NCBI GenBank assembly: GCA_022839105.1
Contig: JALHDH010000003.1
Location: forward strand, 66 to 64,065
Direction of reading: 5' to 3'
Source: a bacterium
GTDB taxonomy: Bacteria > Vulcanimicrobiota > Xenobia > Xenobiales > Xenobiaceae
Length of the DNA: 64,000 nt
A model generated the notes under the pieces. It had not been told where the DNA came from. It worked only from the letters and a program-made list of their open reading frames with translations, and made no database searches. The translations under genes and the position numbers were made by a program. Shown piece by piece: positions 17,027-26,939 of this stretch. Within the stretch, counting starts at the first letter, position 1. Each line of letters opens with the position of its first letter.

Positions 17027-18249
17027 CCCTCTGGATTCGACGTTTCCAGGCGGGGCTCCCCCACGGCGCCGAGCCAGACCCGGCCCAGGGCGGCGGCCAG
17101 CAGGATCCCCAGGCCCATCCCCAGCAGGACCTGACGGGCTCCCACCAGGTCCAGCAAGGGCGAGACCAGCGCCACTCCCACGGGAACCGCCATCTGCACC
17201 AACGCCGAGAGGCTGGCGAAGACCCGCCCCAGGAGGCGTTCGGGCGTGGACTTCTGGACCAGGGTGAGGATCACGGCGTTGGAGGGGCCGACGCCCGTGG
17301 CCGCCAGGGCCGCCAGCGCCACCGCCGGCCAGATTCCGGTGCAGGCGGCCATGGCGGCCAGGGCGCCTCCCAGGAGGGCCATCCCGCCGTAGATCAGGGT
17401 CGCGGGGCGCAGGGCCCGCGCCAGGCGTCCGGCCGCCAGCGAACCCAGCAGCATCCCGGCCCCGAAGGCTCCCATCAGCCATCCGAAGCCCGCGGCGCCG
17501 GCGTGCAGGACCCGATCTGCCAGGACCGGGAAGACCACGGTGAAGGGAGCGACCAGGAAGTTCACCGCCGCCAGGGTGAAGAAGACCACCCGGAGCAGGG
17601 GATCGCGCAGAAGACAGGCCAGGCCTTCCCGGGCCTCGCGGAGCATCTGTCCGGCCCCGCCGGGCGTGCGCTTGGGCTGATCCCTCCACTTCAACCAGAG
17701 CAGGGTCAGCGCCGAGGCCGCGAAGGTCAGCACGTTCAGGTACAGGATGTGGACGGGACTGGGAAGAACCGCGATCAGCAGGCCCGCCACCACCGGTCCG
17801 ATCAGGGCTCCGAACTGTTCGGTCATCTCGGCCCAGGCGTTGGCCTCGGTGAGGTCCTCGGGGGGGACCAGGACGGGGATGACCGACTTCTCGGCGGCGA
17901 AGAAGAGCAGCGAGAGGGCCGAGATGGCGAAGGTCACCCCGTAGATCAGCCATTCCTGGAGGCTGTGCAGGGCGAACGAGATCGGCAGGATCAGGACCAG
18001 CAGGGCCCGCAGCCAGTCGCAGTGGAACATCAGCATCCGGCGATCGGCCCGGTCCACGGGAACCCCTGCCACCCAGCCCAGCAGGGCGGCCGGAAGAACC
18101 TGGGCCAGGTAGACCCCTCCGGTGGCCATGGCCGAGCCGGTGGTCTGCAGGACCAGCCAGGCCAGGGCGATATAGTTGAACTGGCTGCCCGTCTTGGAGA
18201 GGAACTGCCCCACCCACAGCAGCCGGAAATCGCGGTGTCTCAGGACCAT
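17011..18249 (-). CDS. MFS transporter (EntS/MFS_3-like exporter)
   Basis: FRLLWVGQFLSKTGSQFNYIALAWLVLQTTGS plus about 12 TM segments. The start was taken at ATG 18249 (TTG 18288 is possible). There is a 16-nt overlap with the downstream PEGA gene. Confidence 0.85.
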   Translation of the reverse strand: MVLRHRDFRLLWVGQFLSKTGSQFNYIALAWLVLQTTGSAMATGGVYLAQVLPAALLGWVAGVPVDRADRRMLMFHCDWLRALLVLILPISFALHSLQEWLIYGVTFAISALSLLFFAAEKSVIPVLVPPEDLTEANAWAEMTEQFGALIGPVVAGLLIAVLPSPVHILYLNVLTFAASALTLLWLKWRDQPKRTPGGAGQMLREAREGLACLLRDPLLRVVFFTLAAVNFLVAPFTVVFPVLADRVLHAGAAGFGWLMGAFGAGMLLGSLAAGRLARALRPATLIYGGMALLGGALAAMAACTGIWPAVALAALAATGVGPSNAVILTLVQKSTPERLLGRVFASLSALVQMAVPVGVALVSPLLDLVGARQVLLGMGLGILLAAALGRVWLGAVGEPRLETSNPEGCAVS

Positions 18250-18423
18250 CGTCCGCAAAGGATAGCCTCGCGCGGGTTCCCCTGGCAAGGCGGGGCGGGC
18301 TCAACCCCCCCGGATCTCACGCGCCCCAGGGGGTCCAGGCCTCCTGGAGGTCCCGGGAGATTCCGCAGGAACCGTTCGCGGCAGGACGAAATCCAAGGCC
18401 ACTCGACCGCTTGAGGAGGATCC

Positions 18424-18882
18424 ATGATCCAGGAGTTCAAGAGCTTCATCGCCCGCGGGAACGTCATCGACATGGCGGTGGGCGTGATCATCGGCGGCGC
18501 CTTCGGCAAGATCGTCTCCTCGTTGACCGAGGACCTGATCATGCCGCCCATCGGCATGCTCCTGGGCAAGGTCGACTTCTCCAGCCTCTTCATCCAACTG
18601 GCCGGCGACCCCGCGACCTCGCTGGACGCCGCCCGCAAGGCCGGCGTCCCGATCCTGGCCTACGGGAACTTCGTCAACCAGATCCTGAACTTCCTGATCA
18701 TCGCCTTCTGCGTCTTCCTGCTGATCAAGGCCGTCAACCGGATGATGGTCAAGGAGGAGGCACCGGCTCCGGCCGGTCCCGAGATGCGGGACTGCCCCGA
18801 GTGCTGCAGCCCGATTCCCGCCAAGGCCCGCCGTTGCCCGCAGTGCACGGCCACCGTCGAACCCACCGAGAGCGCCGCCTGA
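18424..18882 (+). CDS. mscL: Large-conductance mechanosensitive channel MscL with a C-terminal CxxC-x10-CxxC motif
   Basis: [44 protein letters not shown] is the canonical MscL N-terminus and TM1. GGAGGA lies before the ATG. The tail is [19 protein letters not shown]. Confidence 0.95.
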   Translation: MIQEFKSFIARGNVIDMAVGVIIGGAFGKIVSSLTEDLIMPPIGMLLGKVDFSSLFIQLAGDPATSLDAARKAGVPILAYGNFVNQILNFLIIAFCVFLLIKAVNRMMVKEEAPAPAGPEMRDCPECCSPIPAKARRCPQCTATVEPTESAA

Positions 18883-18913
18883 AGGCCGGGCCGCCCGGGC
18901 GGCCCTTTGAAGG

Positions 18914-19819
18914 ATGTCCGACCCGAGAGCAAGCCGTGGTCTGGCCTATGGCCTTCTGGCCTACCTTCTGTGGGGGTTCCTCCCGCTCTTCTGGAAGCTT
19001 CTGGAGCCGGTCCCCGCCCTGGAGATCATCTGCCATCGCATCGTCTGGTCGATGGTCTTCACGGGGATCCTCCTGGGACTGCGAGGGGGGCTCCGGCGCA
19101 CCCTGGAACGGTGGCGGGAGCCGGGCCTGGTGCTCTCGACGGCCTGGACCGCCCTGCTCCTGGGGGTCAACTGGCTTCTCTTCATCTACTCGGTGAACTC
19201 CGGGCACGTCCTGCAGGCCAGCCTGGGATACTTCATCGGCCCCCTGGTCAGCGCCGCCCTGGGGGTCGTGCTGCTTCGTGAGAGGCTCTCTCCGGCCCAG
19301 CAGGCGGCCTTCGTCCTGGCCGGTGGCGGGGTGCTGGTGCTGGCGGTGGCCGGAGGCAGGCCCCCTTGGCTGGCCCTGGCCCTGGCCATCACCTTCGCCT
19401 GGTATGGCCTGGGTCGGAAGGTCGGCCGGCTGGGTTCCCTGGAAGGCCTCTTCGTCGAGAGCGCGCTGCTGCTCCCCTTCGCCCTGGCCTGGATCCTGTG
19501 GCTCGAGAGCCATGGCCTGGGGGCTTGTCTGGGCGGGCCACCGGCGATCCCCTGGCTCCTGGCGGTGGGGGGCGTGGCGACCTCGGTCCCGCTTCTCCTC
19601 TTTGCGGCCGCCGCCCGGCGCATGCCTCTCAATGCCCTGGGCCTCCTGCAGTACCTGGCTCCTTCCCTGCAGTTCCTGATCGGGGTCTTCCTCTTCCGCG
19701 AGCCCTTCGGAAGCCTCCAGGCCGGGGCCTTCGCCCTGATCTGGGCGGGCCTGATCCTCTATTCGGTGGCGGGACTCGCCGGTCGGGAGGCCTCAGGACC
19801 TCCCCCGGGCTCAGGCTGA
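18914..19819 (+). CDS. rarD: EamA/DMT family transporter RarD
   Basis: GLAYGLLAYLLWGFLPLFWKLLEPVPALEIICHRIVWS is the typical RarD N-terminus. Ten TM segments. Confidence 0.9.
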   Translation: MSDPRASRGLAYGLLAYLLWGFLPLFWKLLEPVPALEIICHRIVWSMVFTGILLGLRGGLRRTLERWREPGLVLSTAWTALLLGVNWLLFIYSVNSGHVLQASLGYFIGPLVSAALGVVLLRERLSPAQQAAFVLAGGGVLVLAVAGGRPPWLALALAITFAWYGLGRKVGRLGSLEGLFVESALLLPFALAWILWLESHGLGACLGGPPAIPWLLAVGGVATSVPLLLFAAAARRMPLNALGLLQYLAPSLQFLIGVFLFREPFGSLQAGAFALIWAGLILYSVAGLAGREASGPPPGSG

Positions 19820-21079
19820 GTCCTGGAGGTGGGCCTCCCGGGCCAGCCGGCGGGCCTCGAGGCGGAATCCGGGCAGACGCCAGGTGAAGACGGCGGCACC
19901 CAGCAGCAGGAGGACCCCTCCCAGGATCACCGTGCCCGGGGCGCCCAGGATCGGGGTCAGGGCCCCTGAGAGCAGGGCTCCCACGGGGGCCATCCCCATG
20001 AACATCATCGAGTGGAAGGCCATCACCCGACCCCGCAACCGGTCTGGGACCATGGCCTGGACCAGGGTGTTGGAAAGCGCCATCTGGGTCATCATCGAGA
20101 AGCCGATGGGGAGCATGACCAGACACGAGAGCTCCAGGCTTGAAGAGAGGGCAAAGGCGATGGTGCCCAGTCCCAGGCTTGCGCCCGAGACGGCGATCCA
20201 GGTCCCCGAACCCGCCAGGGCGGTCCTCGAGGCCAGGATCAAGGCTCCCACCACCGCTCCGGCTCCCGACATCCCCAGAAGCAGCCCCAGGGCGTTGGCC
20301 CCCCCTCCCAGGATCTCCTCGGCGAAGATGGGCATCAGGACCACATGGGGGCTGGCCATGAGGCTGACCAGTCCCAGCATCCCCAGCAGATCGCGGATGG
20401 GTCGGCACTTCACCACGAAGCGGAAGCCCTCGCGGAGGTCCTGGAGGGCGTTCCCCTCCCGAGGGGGCTGGCTCCGGGGGGGAAGCCGCATGGCCGCCAG
20501 ACCCGCCAGCACGGCCAGGTAGCTCAGCGAGTTGCCCAGGAAGCACCAGCCCTCGCCGACCCATCCGACCAGGACTCCGGCCAGGGCCGGTCCGGCCATC
20601 CGGGCGCCGTTGACCATCGAGGAGTTCAGGCTGATCGCGTTGGGCAGATCCTCGCGGCCCACCATCTGGACGGTGAATGCCTGGCGCGTCGGGATGTCGA
20701 AGGCGTTGGCCACCCCCAGCAGGATGGCCAGGACGTACAGGTGCCAGACCTGGATCCGTTCGCTCAGGGTCAGGGCGGCCAGAAGACCGGCCAGCACCAT
20801 GGCCGCGGTCTGGGTCTTGAACAGGATGCTGCGCCGATCGAACCGATCCGCCAGGAGCCCCCCCAGCGGGACGAAGAGGAAGATGGGGATCTGCGAGGCG
20901 AAGCCGACCATCCCCAACTGCATCGCCGAGCCGGTCAGCCGGTACACCAGCCAGGACTGGGCCACCGTCTGCATCCAGGTTCCCACAAGCGAGATCATCT
21001 GTCCTGAGGCAAAAAGGCGGAAGTTCCGATGGCGCAGGGCCCGGAACATCCCGGTGGAGGAGGGGCGTGGCTGGGGCAT
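19811..21079 (-). CDS. MFS transporter (MFS_3-like)
   Basis: MFRALRHRNFRLFASGQMISLVGTWMQTVAQSWLVYRLTGS plus about 12 TM segments. The start was taken at ATG 21079 (AGGAAG 9 nt upstream); 21049 and 21130 are alternatives. Confidence 0.85.
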   Translation of the reverse strand: MPQPRPSSTGMFRALRHRNFRLFASGQMISLVGTWMQTVAQSWLVYRLTGSAMQLGMVGFASQIPIFLFVPLGGLLADRFDRRSILFKTQTAAMVLAGLLAALTLSERIQVWHLYVLAILLGVANAFDIPTRQAFTVQMVGREDLPNAISLNSSMVNGARMAGPALAGVLVGWVGEGWCFLGNSLSYLAVLAGLAAMRLPPRSQPPREGNALQDLREGFRFVVKCRPIRDLLGMLGLVSLMASPHVVLMPIFAEEILGGGANALGLLLGMSGAGAVVGALILASRTALAGSGTWIAVSGASLGLGTIAFALSSSLELSCLVMLPIGFSMMTQMALSNTLVQAMVPDRLRGRVMAFHSMMFMGMAPVGALLSGALTPILGAPGTVILGGVLLLLGAAVFTWRLPGFRLEARRLAREAHLQDSA

Positions 21080-21209
21080 GGGGCGGTTCTTCCTGCTGGA
21101 TTTCCCCGAAGAGACCGGGGGGTTCTGCATTGTCCGAGGCAGGGCCTGCGCACGCAGGACCTGGGGGGCGCCTGGGGGAACGCCTGCCCAACACGAAGTG
21201 GAGGTTTCC

Positions 21210-22985
21210 ATGGCAACCCTGGCAGGCAGGCTCGAGGCCCTGACGCTTCGGGCCCTCGAGCAGATCGTCGGTGACTCCGAGGGCCTTTCGGCGCAGATCG
21301 CTCCCACTCGCGACGAGAAGCATGGGGACTATCAGTGCAACGCCGCCCTGGGCCTGGCCCGGAGGCTGGGCCGGAACCCGCGCGAGCTCTCCGGAGAGCT
21401 GGCCCAGGCCATGCTGGCCCTGGATGAGACGGGGCTGCTGCGGACCGCCGAGGTGGCCGGCCCGGGGTTCCTCAACCTGAGGGTTCGCGAAGAGGCCCTC
21501 AAGGCGGCCCTGAAGGGGATCGGAGACCCCGTTCGGAGCGCGGGCCGGCGGGTCGTGGTGGACTATTCCAGCCCCAACATCGCCAAGCAGATGCACGTGG
21601 GCCATCTGCGCAGCAGCATCATCGGGGATGCCATCTGCCGGATCCTGGAGCACCTGGGGCACGAGGTCAAGCGCCAGAACCACGTGGGGGACTGGGGGAC
21701 GCAGTTCGGTCTTCTGTGTGCCTGGCTTCTGGATCGCGGCGTCGAGGACTCCCGGGTCGATCTGGGAGATCTGGAGGCCCTGTATCGCGAGGCCCAGGCC
21801 CTGGCCGAGCGGGACGAGGCCTTCCGCGAGCGCTCGCGCGAGCGCGTGGTGGCCCTGCATCAAGGGGACCAGCCGACCCGGGAGACCTGGAGACGGATCG
21901 TGGGCACCTCGTTGGAGCACATCGGCGAGGTCTACGAGCGCCTGGGCCTCTCGCTGACCCTGGCGGACACGCGCGGCGAGAGCTTCTACAACCCGATGCT
22001 GGCCGGGGTCGTGGAGGAGCTTCAGGTCCGCTTCCCCGCCGGGAGCCGGCCGATGGAGGTCGTGGAGGACCAGGGCGCGGTCTGCGTCTTCCTGTATGAC
22101 GAAGAGGGGCAGCCCCGCTTCAAGAACGCCCAGGGCGAGCCCCAACCGCTGCTGGTCCGCAAGTCCGATGGAGCCTTCCTGTACCCCACCACGGATCTGG
22201 CGGCCCTGCGCTACCGGGTCCGGGATCTGGAGGCGGACTGGCTGATCTACGTGACCGACTCGCGTCAGGCCCTGCACTTCCAGATGTTCTTCCAGACCGC
22301 GCGGGAAGCCGGCTGGGTGGGAGAGAGCCTCCTGGAGCACGTGACCTTCGGGACGGTCCTCGGCCCGGATGGCAAGCCCCTGAAGACCCGCTCGGGCGAG
22401 AACGTCAAGCTGGCCGAGTTGCTGGGAGAGGCGGTGGAGAGGGCCGATCGCCTGGTGGAGGACAACGAGTCGGATCCTGCCCGAAAGCGCGGATTCTCGG
22501 CTGACGAGAAGCGCGACATCGCCGAGGCGGTCGGGATCGGGGCCGTGAAGTATGCCGACCTCTCGCAGAACCGCTCCAGCGACTACGTCTTCAGCTTCGA
22601 TCGCATGCTGGCCATGGAGGGCAACACCGCGCCCTACCTGATGTACGCCTACGCGCGGATCCGTTCGATCCAGCGTCGCGCCGGCGAACTTCCGCACGAG
22701 CCGGCCCTGACCCTGGAAGAGGCCCACGAGCGCAGGCTGGCCATGCACCTGGCCCGCCTGGACGAGACCCTGGACCAGGTGGTCAGCGGCTGGCGGCTGA
22801 ACCTGCTCTGCGAGTACCTGTACGGCCTGGCGGGGCTGTTCATGAAGTTCTACGAGAACTGCCCGGTCCTGGGGGCGCCCACTCCCGAGCAGAGGGCTTC
22901 GAGGCTGGACCTTTGCGAGAAGGCCGCCCGGGTCTTGAAGGTCGGCCTGGAGCTCCTGGGGATCCGGGTCGTGGAGAGGATGTAG
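21210..22985 (+). CDS. argS: Arginine--tRNA ligase
   Basis: ATG 21210 preceded by GGAGG. HIGH-type motif MHVGHLRSSIIGDA, GDWGTQFG, and the C-terminal anticodon-binding region ending ...VVERM. Confidence 0.95.
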   Translation: MATLAGRLEALTLRALEQIVGDSEGLSAQIAPTRDEKHGDYQCNAALGLARRLGRNPRELSGELAQAMLALDETGLLRTAEVAGPGFLNLRVREEALKAALKGIGDPVRSAGRRVVVDYSSPNIAKQMHVGHLRSSIIGDAICRILEHLGHEVKRQNHVGDWGTQFGLLCAWLLDRGVEDSRVDLGDLEALYREAQALAERDEAFRERSRERVVALHQGDQPTRETWRRIVGTSLEHIGEVYERLGLSLTLADTRGESFYNPMLAGVVEELQVRFPAGSRPMEVVEDQGAVCVFLYDEEGQPRFKNAQGEPQPLLVRKSDGAFLYPTTDLAALRYRVRDLEADWLIYVTDSRQALHFQMFFQTAREAGWVGESLLEHVTFGTVLGPDGKPLKTRSGENVKLAELLGEAVERADRLVEDNESDPARKRGFSADEKRDIAEAVGIGAVKYADLSQNRSSDYVFSFDRMLAMEGNTAPYLMYAYARIRSIQRRAGELPHEPALTLEEAHERRLAMHLARLDETLDQVVSGWRLNLLCEYLYGLAGLFMKFYENCPVLGAPTPEQRASRLDLCEKAARVLKVGLELLGIRVVERM

Positions 22986-23066
22986 CTCGGGGCGCCCCTT
23001 CCTTGGGGTGGGGCCTCGGGCGCATCCCTCAGGACTTCCCGGATGCCCGTCCCGAACTCCCGTTGC

Positions 23067-23095
23067 TTCAGGCTTCTGCGGTTCAGGCTTTTTTT
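23067..23095 (+). promoter_or_regulatory. 9-bp direct repeat TTCAGGCTT x2 running into a T7 tract upstream of the 23124 gene
   Basis: TTCAGGCTT at 23067-23075 and 23082-23090. T-run at 23089-23095, then GGGAGGA and ATG 23124. Confidence 0.3.
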
Positions 23096-23123
23096 CAGGA
23101 TGCCTCGGGAGGATCCCAGGGCC

Positions 23124-23771
23124 ATGAGAATCGACGGAGTTTCCGCCACCTCGACCCCGAACCTCTCCCGCCCCGCCCCGACGGGCATCGCCCAGGCCCA
23201 ACCCTCGGCCCCCGTGGACTCGGTCGCGGTCGGCGCCGCCGGACCTGCCCGAAAAGGTGGGCTCGAGACCTCCGGTCTCTTCGACCGCAAGGATCGTCAA
23301 CCCGTGGACCCGGCCACGATCTCCACCTGGAGCTACGAGGCCGAGCCCCGGCACACCCTCAAGGAGACCTTCCGGACTCCGGATGGTCGGACCTACGTTC
23401 TTGCCGAGAGCCACGACACCCAGAGGGATCGGCTTCGGGAACCCGCCTCCTATACGGCGGCCTTCGATGCCCAGGGCCAGCCCTTGTGGACCTTCAGGCC
23501 GGAGGGAGGCCACCTCGACCGCTTCCCCCTGAAGCTCGACAACCCCCAGGTCTGGAAGATCCGCGAGGTCCTCGACCAGGGCCTGGTGGTCCTGGAAGGA
23601 GGGGGGCGGCAGCTCTGCCTCCAGCCCTCCCGGGACCGGGAGGCCCAGGAGGCCCTGGACCGGGCCGCTCGCGAACGCGGGACTTCTGCCCCGGGCAAGG
23701 AGATTTCCAGGCGGGAGGAATGGGTCCAGGTCGGCGATGTCCGGTTGCCCGTCCGGCGCCCGTCCCATTGA
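23124..23771 (+). CDS. Hypothetical protein
   Basis: ATG 23124 with GGGAGGA about 10 nt upstream. 215 aa with no recognised domain. Confidence 0.55.
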   Translation: MRIDGVSATSTPNLSRPAPTGIAQAQPSAPVDSVAVGAAGPARKGGLETSGLFDRKDRQPVDPATISTWSYEAEPRHTLKETFRTPDGRTYVLAESHDTQRDRLREPASYTAAFDAQGQPLWTFRPEGGHLDRFPLKLDNPQVWKIREVLDQGLVVLEGGGRQLCLQPSRDREAQEALDRAARERGTSAPGKEISRREEWVQVGDVRLPVRRPSH

Positions 23772-23900
23772 AACCCTGAAGCCCTGAAGAACGAACCCGG
23801 GACGCGGGCCTCTCCCGGCGGGCGGTGTCCGCAGGTCACGGGACCACCTGGGGGCCTCAGGGCACAGGACACCGGAGGGGTGGCTGCGAATCCTCCCGGC

Positions 23901-24389
23901 ATGCGCATCAGCCTGCTCTCCAGACTCCTGTTGGTCGGCTTCCTGCTGGCCTTGGCCCTGCCTGTGGCGGCGCGCTCGACGCGCCACTTCAACCCCCGTT
24001 TCGGTTTCGAGATCCGGGTCCCGGCGGGTTTCGTGGCCGAACCGGCGCCCGCCAATCAGGACGGGAGGACCTTCCTGCATCGCTCGAGCGGGGCCGAGCT
24101 GCGGGTCTGGGGCTGGAACAACGCGCTGGACGAGACCCTTCCCGGAGCCCTGGAACGCTCCCGGGACTCCATCCCCGGGCCCATCGCCCATCAACAGCAG
24201 GGAAGGAACTGGTACGTCCTTTCCTGGATCGAGGGGAAGAACATCTTCTATGAGAAGACCTTCCTGGGGGCCGGCTCCGGGGCCAGCTTCCGCCTGGTCT
24301 ATCCCCTGGCCCGAAAGGCCGCCTTCGATCCGATCGTGACTTCCCTGGAGAAGAGCTTTCGGCCCGGAGACCTCTCCAGGGCTCATTGA
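23901..24389 (+). CDS. Secreted hypothetical protein
   Basis: Signal peptide MRISLLSRLLLVGFLLALALPVAA followed by a roughly 135-aa domain. Confidence 0.6.
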   Translation: MRISLLSRLLLVGFLLALALPVAARSTRHFNPRFGFEIRVPAGFVAEPAPANQDGRTFLHRSSGAELRVWGWNNALDETLPGALERSRDSIPGPIAHQQQGRNWYVLSWIEGKNIFYEKTFLGAGSGASFRLVYPLARKAAFDPIVTSLEKSFRPGDLSRAH

Positions 24390-24464
24390 GGCCGGCCTCG
24401 GCCGGAATCCGGGAAACCTCGTCCGGGAATCGGAAATCAGACGCAGATCCAGGAGGTCAAGCAC

Positions 24465-25034
24465 ATGAAGATCCAGGTGATCGTCGGCAGCACAAGGCCC
24501 GGTCGGGCCACCCTGGGAGTGGCCCGTTGGGTGGCCGCCCAGGTCCGCCTCCAGGCGCCCGAGGCCCAGGTCGAACTCGTGGACCTGGCCGAGTACCCCA
24601 TGCCCTTCTTCAACGAACCGGTTTCGCCCCAGTTCAACCCCTCGCGTCAGTGCGAGCCCGTGGTCCAGGCCTGGCTGGACAAGGTCGCCCAGGCCGACGG
24701 CTACATCGTGGTCACCCCGGAGTACAATCGTTCCTTCCCGGCGGTCCTGAAGAATGCCTTGGACTTCCTGGACTTCCAGTTCTCCGAGAAGCCCGTCGTC
24801 CTGGTCGGCCACGGTTCCACGGGAGGCTCCCACGCCGTGCTCCACCTGCGCTCGGCCCTGGCCGGCGTGCAGGCGATCTCGATGCCGGCGGCGACCTTCA
24901 TCCTGGGGATGGGGGGGAAGCTCTTCGCCCAGGATGGAACCCCCAAGGCCGACGTGGAGGGGATCGCCAGCTCCCTGGGCCGGAACGTGCAGAGCCTGCT
25001 CCGCTTCGCCGCGGCCCTCAAGCCAGCCACCTGA
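24465..25034 (+). CDS. NAD(P)H-dependent FMN reductase family oxidoreductase
   Basis: MKIQVIVGSTRPGR and VVTPEYNRSFPAVLKNALDFL are hallmark motifs. AGGAGG lies before the ATG. Confidence 0.9.
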   Translation: MKIQVIVGSTRPGRATLGVARWVAAQVRLQAPEAQVELVDLAEYPMPFFNEPVSPQFNPSRQCEPVVQAWLDKVAQADGYIVVTPEYNRSFPAVLKNALDFLDFQFSEKPVVLVGHGSTGGSHAVLHLRSALAGVQAISMPAATFILGMGGKLFAQDGTPKADVEGIASSLGRNVQSLLRFAAALKPAT

Positions 25035-25037
25035 TCC

Positions 25038-26939
25038 CTACGGTCTTTGCTGCGGCCCGCCTGCGGGGGGGGGCGGGCCTGCAAGCCGGGGTCTCATGGG
25101 GTAGAGCCGGGCCTGGAAGCCCACCGGCGCGGGGATCTCGTGGGGAGCCTCCAGCCCCCCCAGGAGTTCAGTCGCCGGAGGCAAGGGCAGCGGGGCCGGG
25201 CCGACCACCAACAACCAGGACCTGGCCAAGCTGGGGAAGGGGCTGTCGGCCAGCTTCTTGATCTCCCTCGCGGGCAGGGACGAATCCACCAGGTTCGCAT
25301 AGGTCACAGCCCAGTTGGGGGCCGGTCGGAGGAACCAGTCCTGGTGTTTCTCCAGTCCGCGGAGGATCAGGGTGTGCCCTCGCGAGGCCGAGATCGCCTG
25401 GAGGCCCTGGGCCGAAAGAGGGAAGGGCGCCACCAGGGCTGCCAGGCTCTGGCTTCCGGGGCCGGTCAGCTCGGCCAGCCGGTCCATCATGGCTCCGAAC
25501 TGCCCGTTGAGGGATTCCGGGTTGCATCCGCGGAATCCGGGGGTCTGTTCCAGGTCATTCGGCCGAAGGTACATCGGGGTCTGTCCGGCCAGCCAGATGC
25601 CGGCATTCCAACAGGCCAGGCCGGCCAGCAGGGGCCACGCGACCAGCCGGATGCGGCCCAGGGCCAGGAGCCAACTGCTGGCCACCAGCACCTCCAGGGG
25701 GTAGCCGGGCAGATAATGTCTGGGATCCGGCAGCACCAGGGCCAGGTTCACGGCGATGTTGGCCAGCATGGGCAGCCCCAGCAGAGGCAGGCTGCCTTTG
25801 GGACCTCGCCAGACGAGCCAGGCCAGCCCGGCCAGGACCAGCGCGGTCATCGAGAAGCCCAGGGTCGGGTCGGCGAAGAAGAATCCGTGCAGCCTCGAGC
25901 GCTCGGCCACCTCGCCCAGTTCATGGGTCAGGTGGCGCCAGAGCATCTCCAGGTTCATCAGGTAGAACGGGGCGCTTAGAAGGAGCGCCAGGCCGGCCGC
26001 CATGAGCAGGTTCCGCCCCGGGGCCGAGCGGACCGGAAGGAAGGCCAGGAAGAGCCCCACGACTCCGGTGGCCAGCAACCCGGCCATCCAGGTGAGGACC
26101 TCGGCGAGTTCCAGCGAGTTCGTATCCGGGTTGGAGCGCGGCGGATGCTGGGTGATCAGGGAGGCGGCCGTGGCCAGGATCAGGACCAACACCGTCAAGC
26201 CGGCGACCAGTCCGGCCCGCTCGGCACGAGGGGCCTCGCGCAGGACCCGCAGGACCACGTAGGCCAGGGCGGGGGCCAGGCTCAGGATGGTGAGCCACTT
26301 GGTCAGGGCCACTCCGGCCACCGCCGCTCCCACCAGCAGGGCTCCAGGTCGGCTCTTCATGGAGGGGTTCGTGGCCAGGAGGGCCAGGGCCAGCATGAAG
26401 GTGGCCGTGGCGGGCAGATCCAGAAGGAGGGTGGGCAACTGGGTCAGGGTGATCGGGGTGAAGGCCACCAGCGCGGCGGCCGTCGCGCCGATCAGCCGGC
26501 CCGGGTTCCCGCCGAAGAGGTTCCGCCCCAGCAGGAACGTGGCAACCACCGTCAGGACCATCCAGGCGGTGTTGGCGTGGGCCAGGCCGGCGATGTCCAG
26601 GCCGCCCCAGGCGGCTCCCCAGAGCCCGACCAGGAGGTAGACCAGGGGCGGGTAGGCGTTGTGATCCCGCCAGGAAAGGACGGGTTCAAGCCAGTCCGAG
26701 AGGCTCCCGGCCCTCAGGAAGTGCTCCTGGAAGGTCAGGTAGGCCAGGAGGTGCGTGGCTTCGTCTCCGGAGGGGACGGCCACGGCGCGGGGGATCCACT
26801 CCCGCGAGGGCCAACAGAGCAGGCCGAGCAAAATCGCCAGGAAGATCAGATCGGCCCCCGGGCTTCCGAGGAATCGACCGATCGGTCCGGCCGAGGCCTT
26901 GGACCAGAGTCGGTTGCCGTGGCTCAGGATTCGGTGCAT
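25038..26939 (-). CDS. GT-C fold membrane glycosyltransferase (PMT_2 / ArnT-like)
   Basis: ATG 26939. First-loop acidic motif SGDEATHL, then YPPLVYLL, and about 12 TM segments followed by a roughly 200-aa soluble C-terminal domain. Confidence 0.7.
   Translation of the reverse strand: MHRILSHGNRLWSKASAGPIGRFLGSPGADLIFLAILLGLLCWPSREWIPRAVAVPSGDEATHLLAYLTFQEHFLRAGSLSDWLEPVLSWRDHNAYPPLVYLLVGLWGAAWGGLDIAGLAHANTAWMVLTVVATFLLGRNLFGGNPGRLIGATAAALVAFTPITLTQLPTLLLDLPATATFMLALALLATNPSMKSRPGALLVGAAVAGVALTKWLTILSLAPALAYVVLRVLREAPRAERAGLVAGLTVLVLILATAASLITQHPPRSNPDTNSLELAEVLTWMAGLLATGVVGLFLAFLPVRSAPGRNLLMAAGLALLLSAPFYLMNLEMLWRHLTHELGEVAERSRLHGFFFADPTLGFSMTALVLAGLAWLVWRGPKGSLPLLGLPMLANIAVNLALVLPDPRHYLPGYPLEVLVASSWLLALGRIRLVAWPLLAGLACWNAGIWLAGQTPMYLRPNDLEQTPGFRGCNPESLNGQFGAMMDRLAELTGPGSQSLAALVAPFPLSAQGLQAISASRGHTLILRGLEKHQDWFLRPAPNWAVTYANLVDSSLPAREIKKLADSPFPSLARSWLLVVGPAPLPLPPATELLGGLEAPHEIPAPVGFQARLYPMRPRLAGPPPPAGGPQQRP

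Noticed and set aside
16244-18304. A 686-aa minus-strand ORF read as one protein.
   Set aside because: Its N-terminal two-thirds is an out-of-frame shadow of the MFS transporter gene (17011-18249), and is R/G/P-rich. Only the last 260 codons, starting at the signal peptide MRSLLTF, look real.
22986-23095. A rho-independent terminator for argS, ending in the T7 tract.
   Set aside because: I could not find a convincing inverted repeat directly before the T-run. The adjacent sequence is a direct repeat (TTCAGGCTT x2), not a stem. It is reported only as a T-tract / direct-repeat observation.
19629-24845. A 1738-aa minus-strand ORF, the longest in the window.
   Set aside because: It is antisense to argS, to several well-supported plus-strand genes and to an MFS gene in another frame. 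Its translation is a low-complexity R/G/P/H/Q-rich string with no motifs. This is a typical GC-rich shadow ORF.
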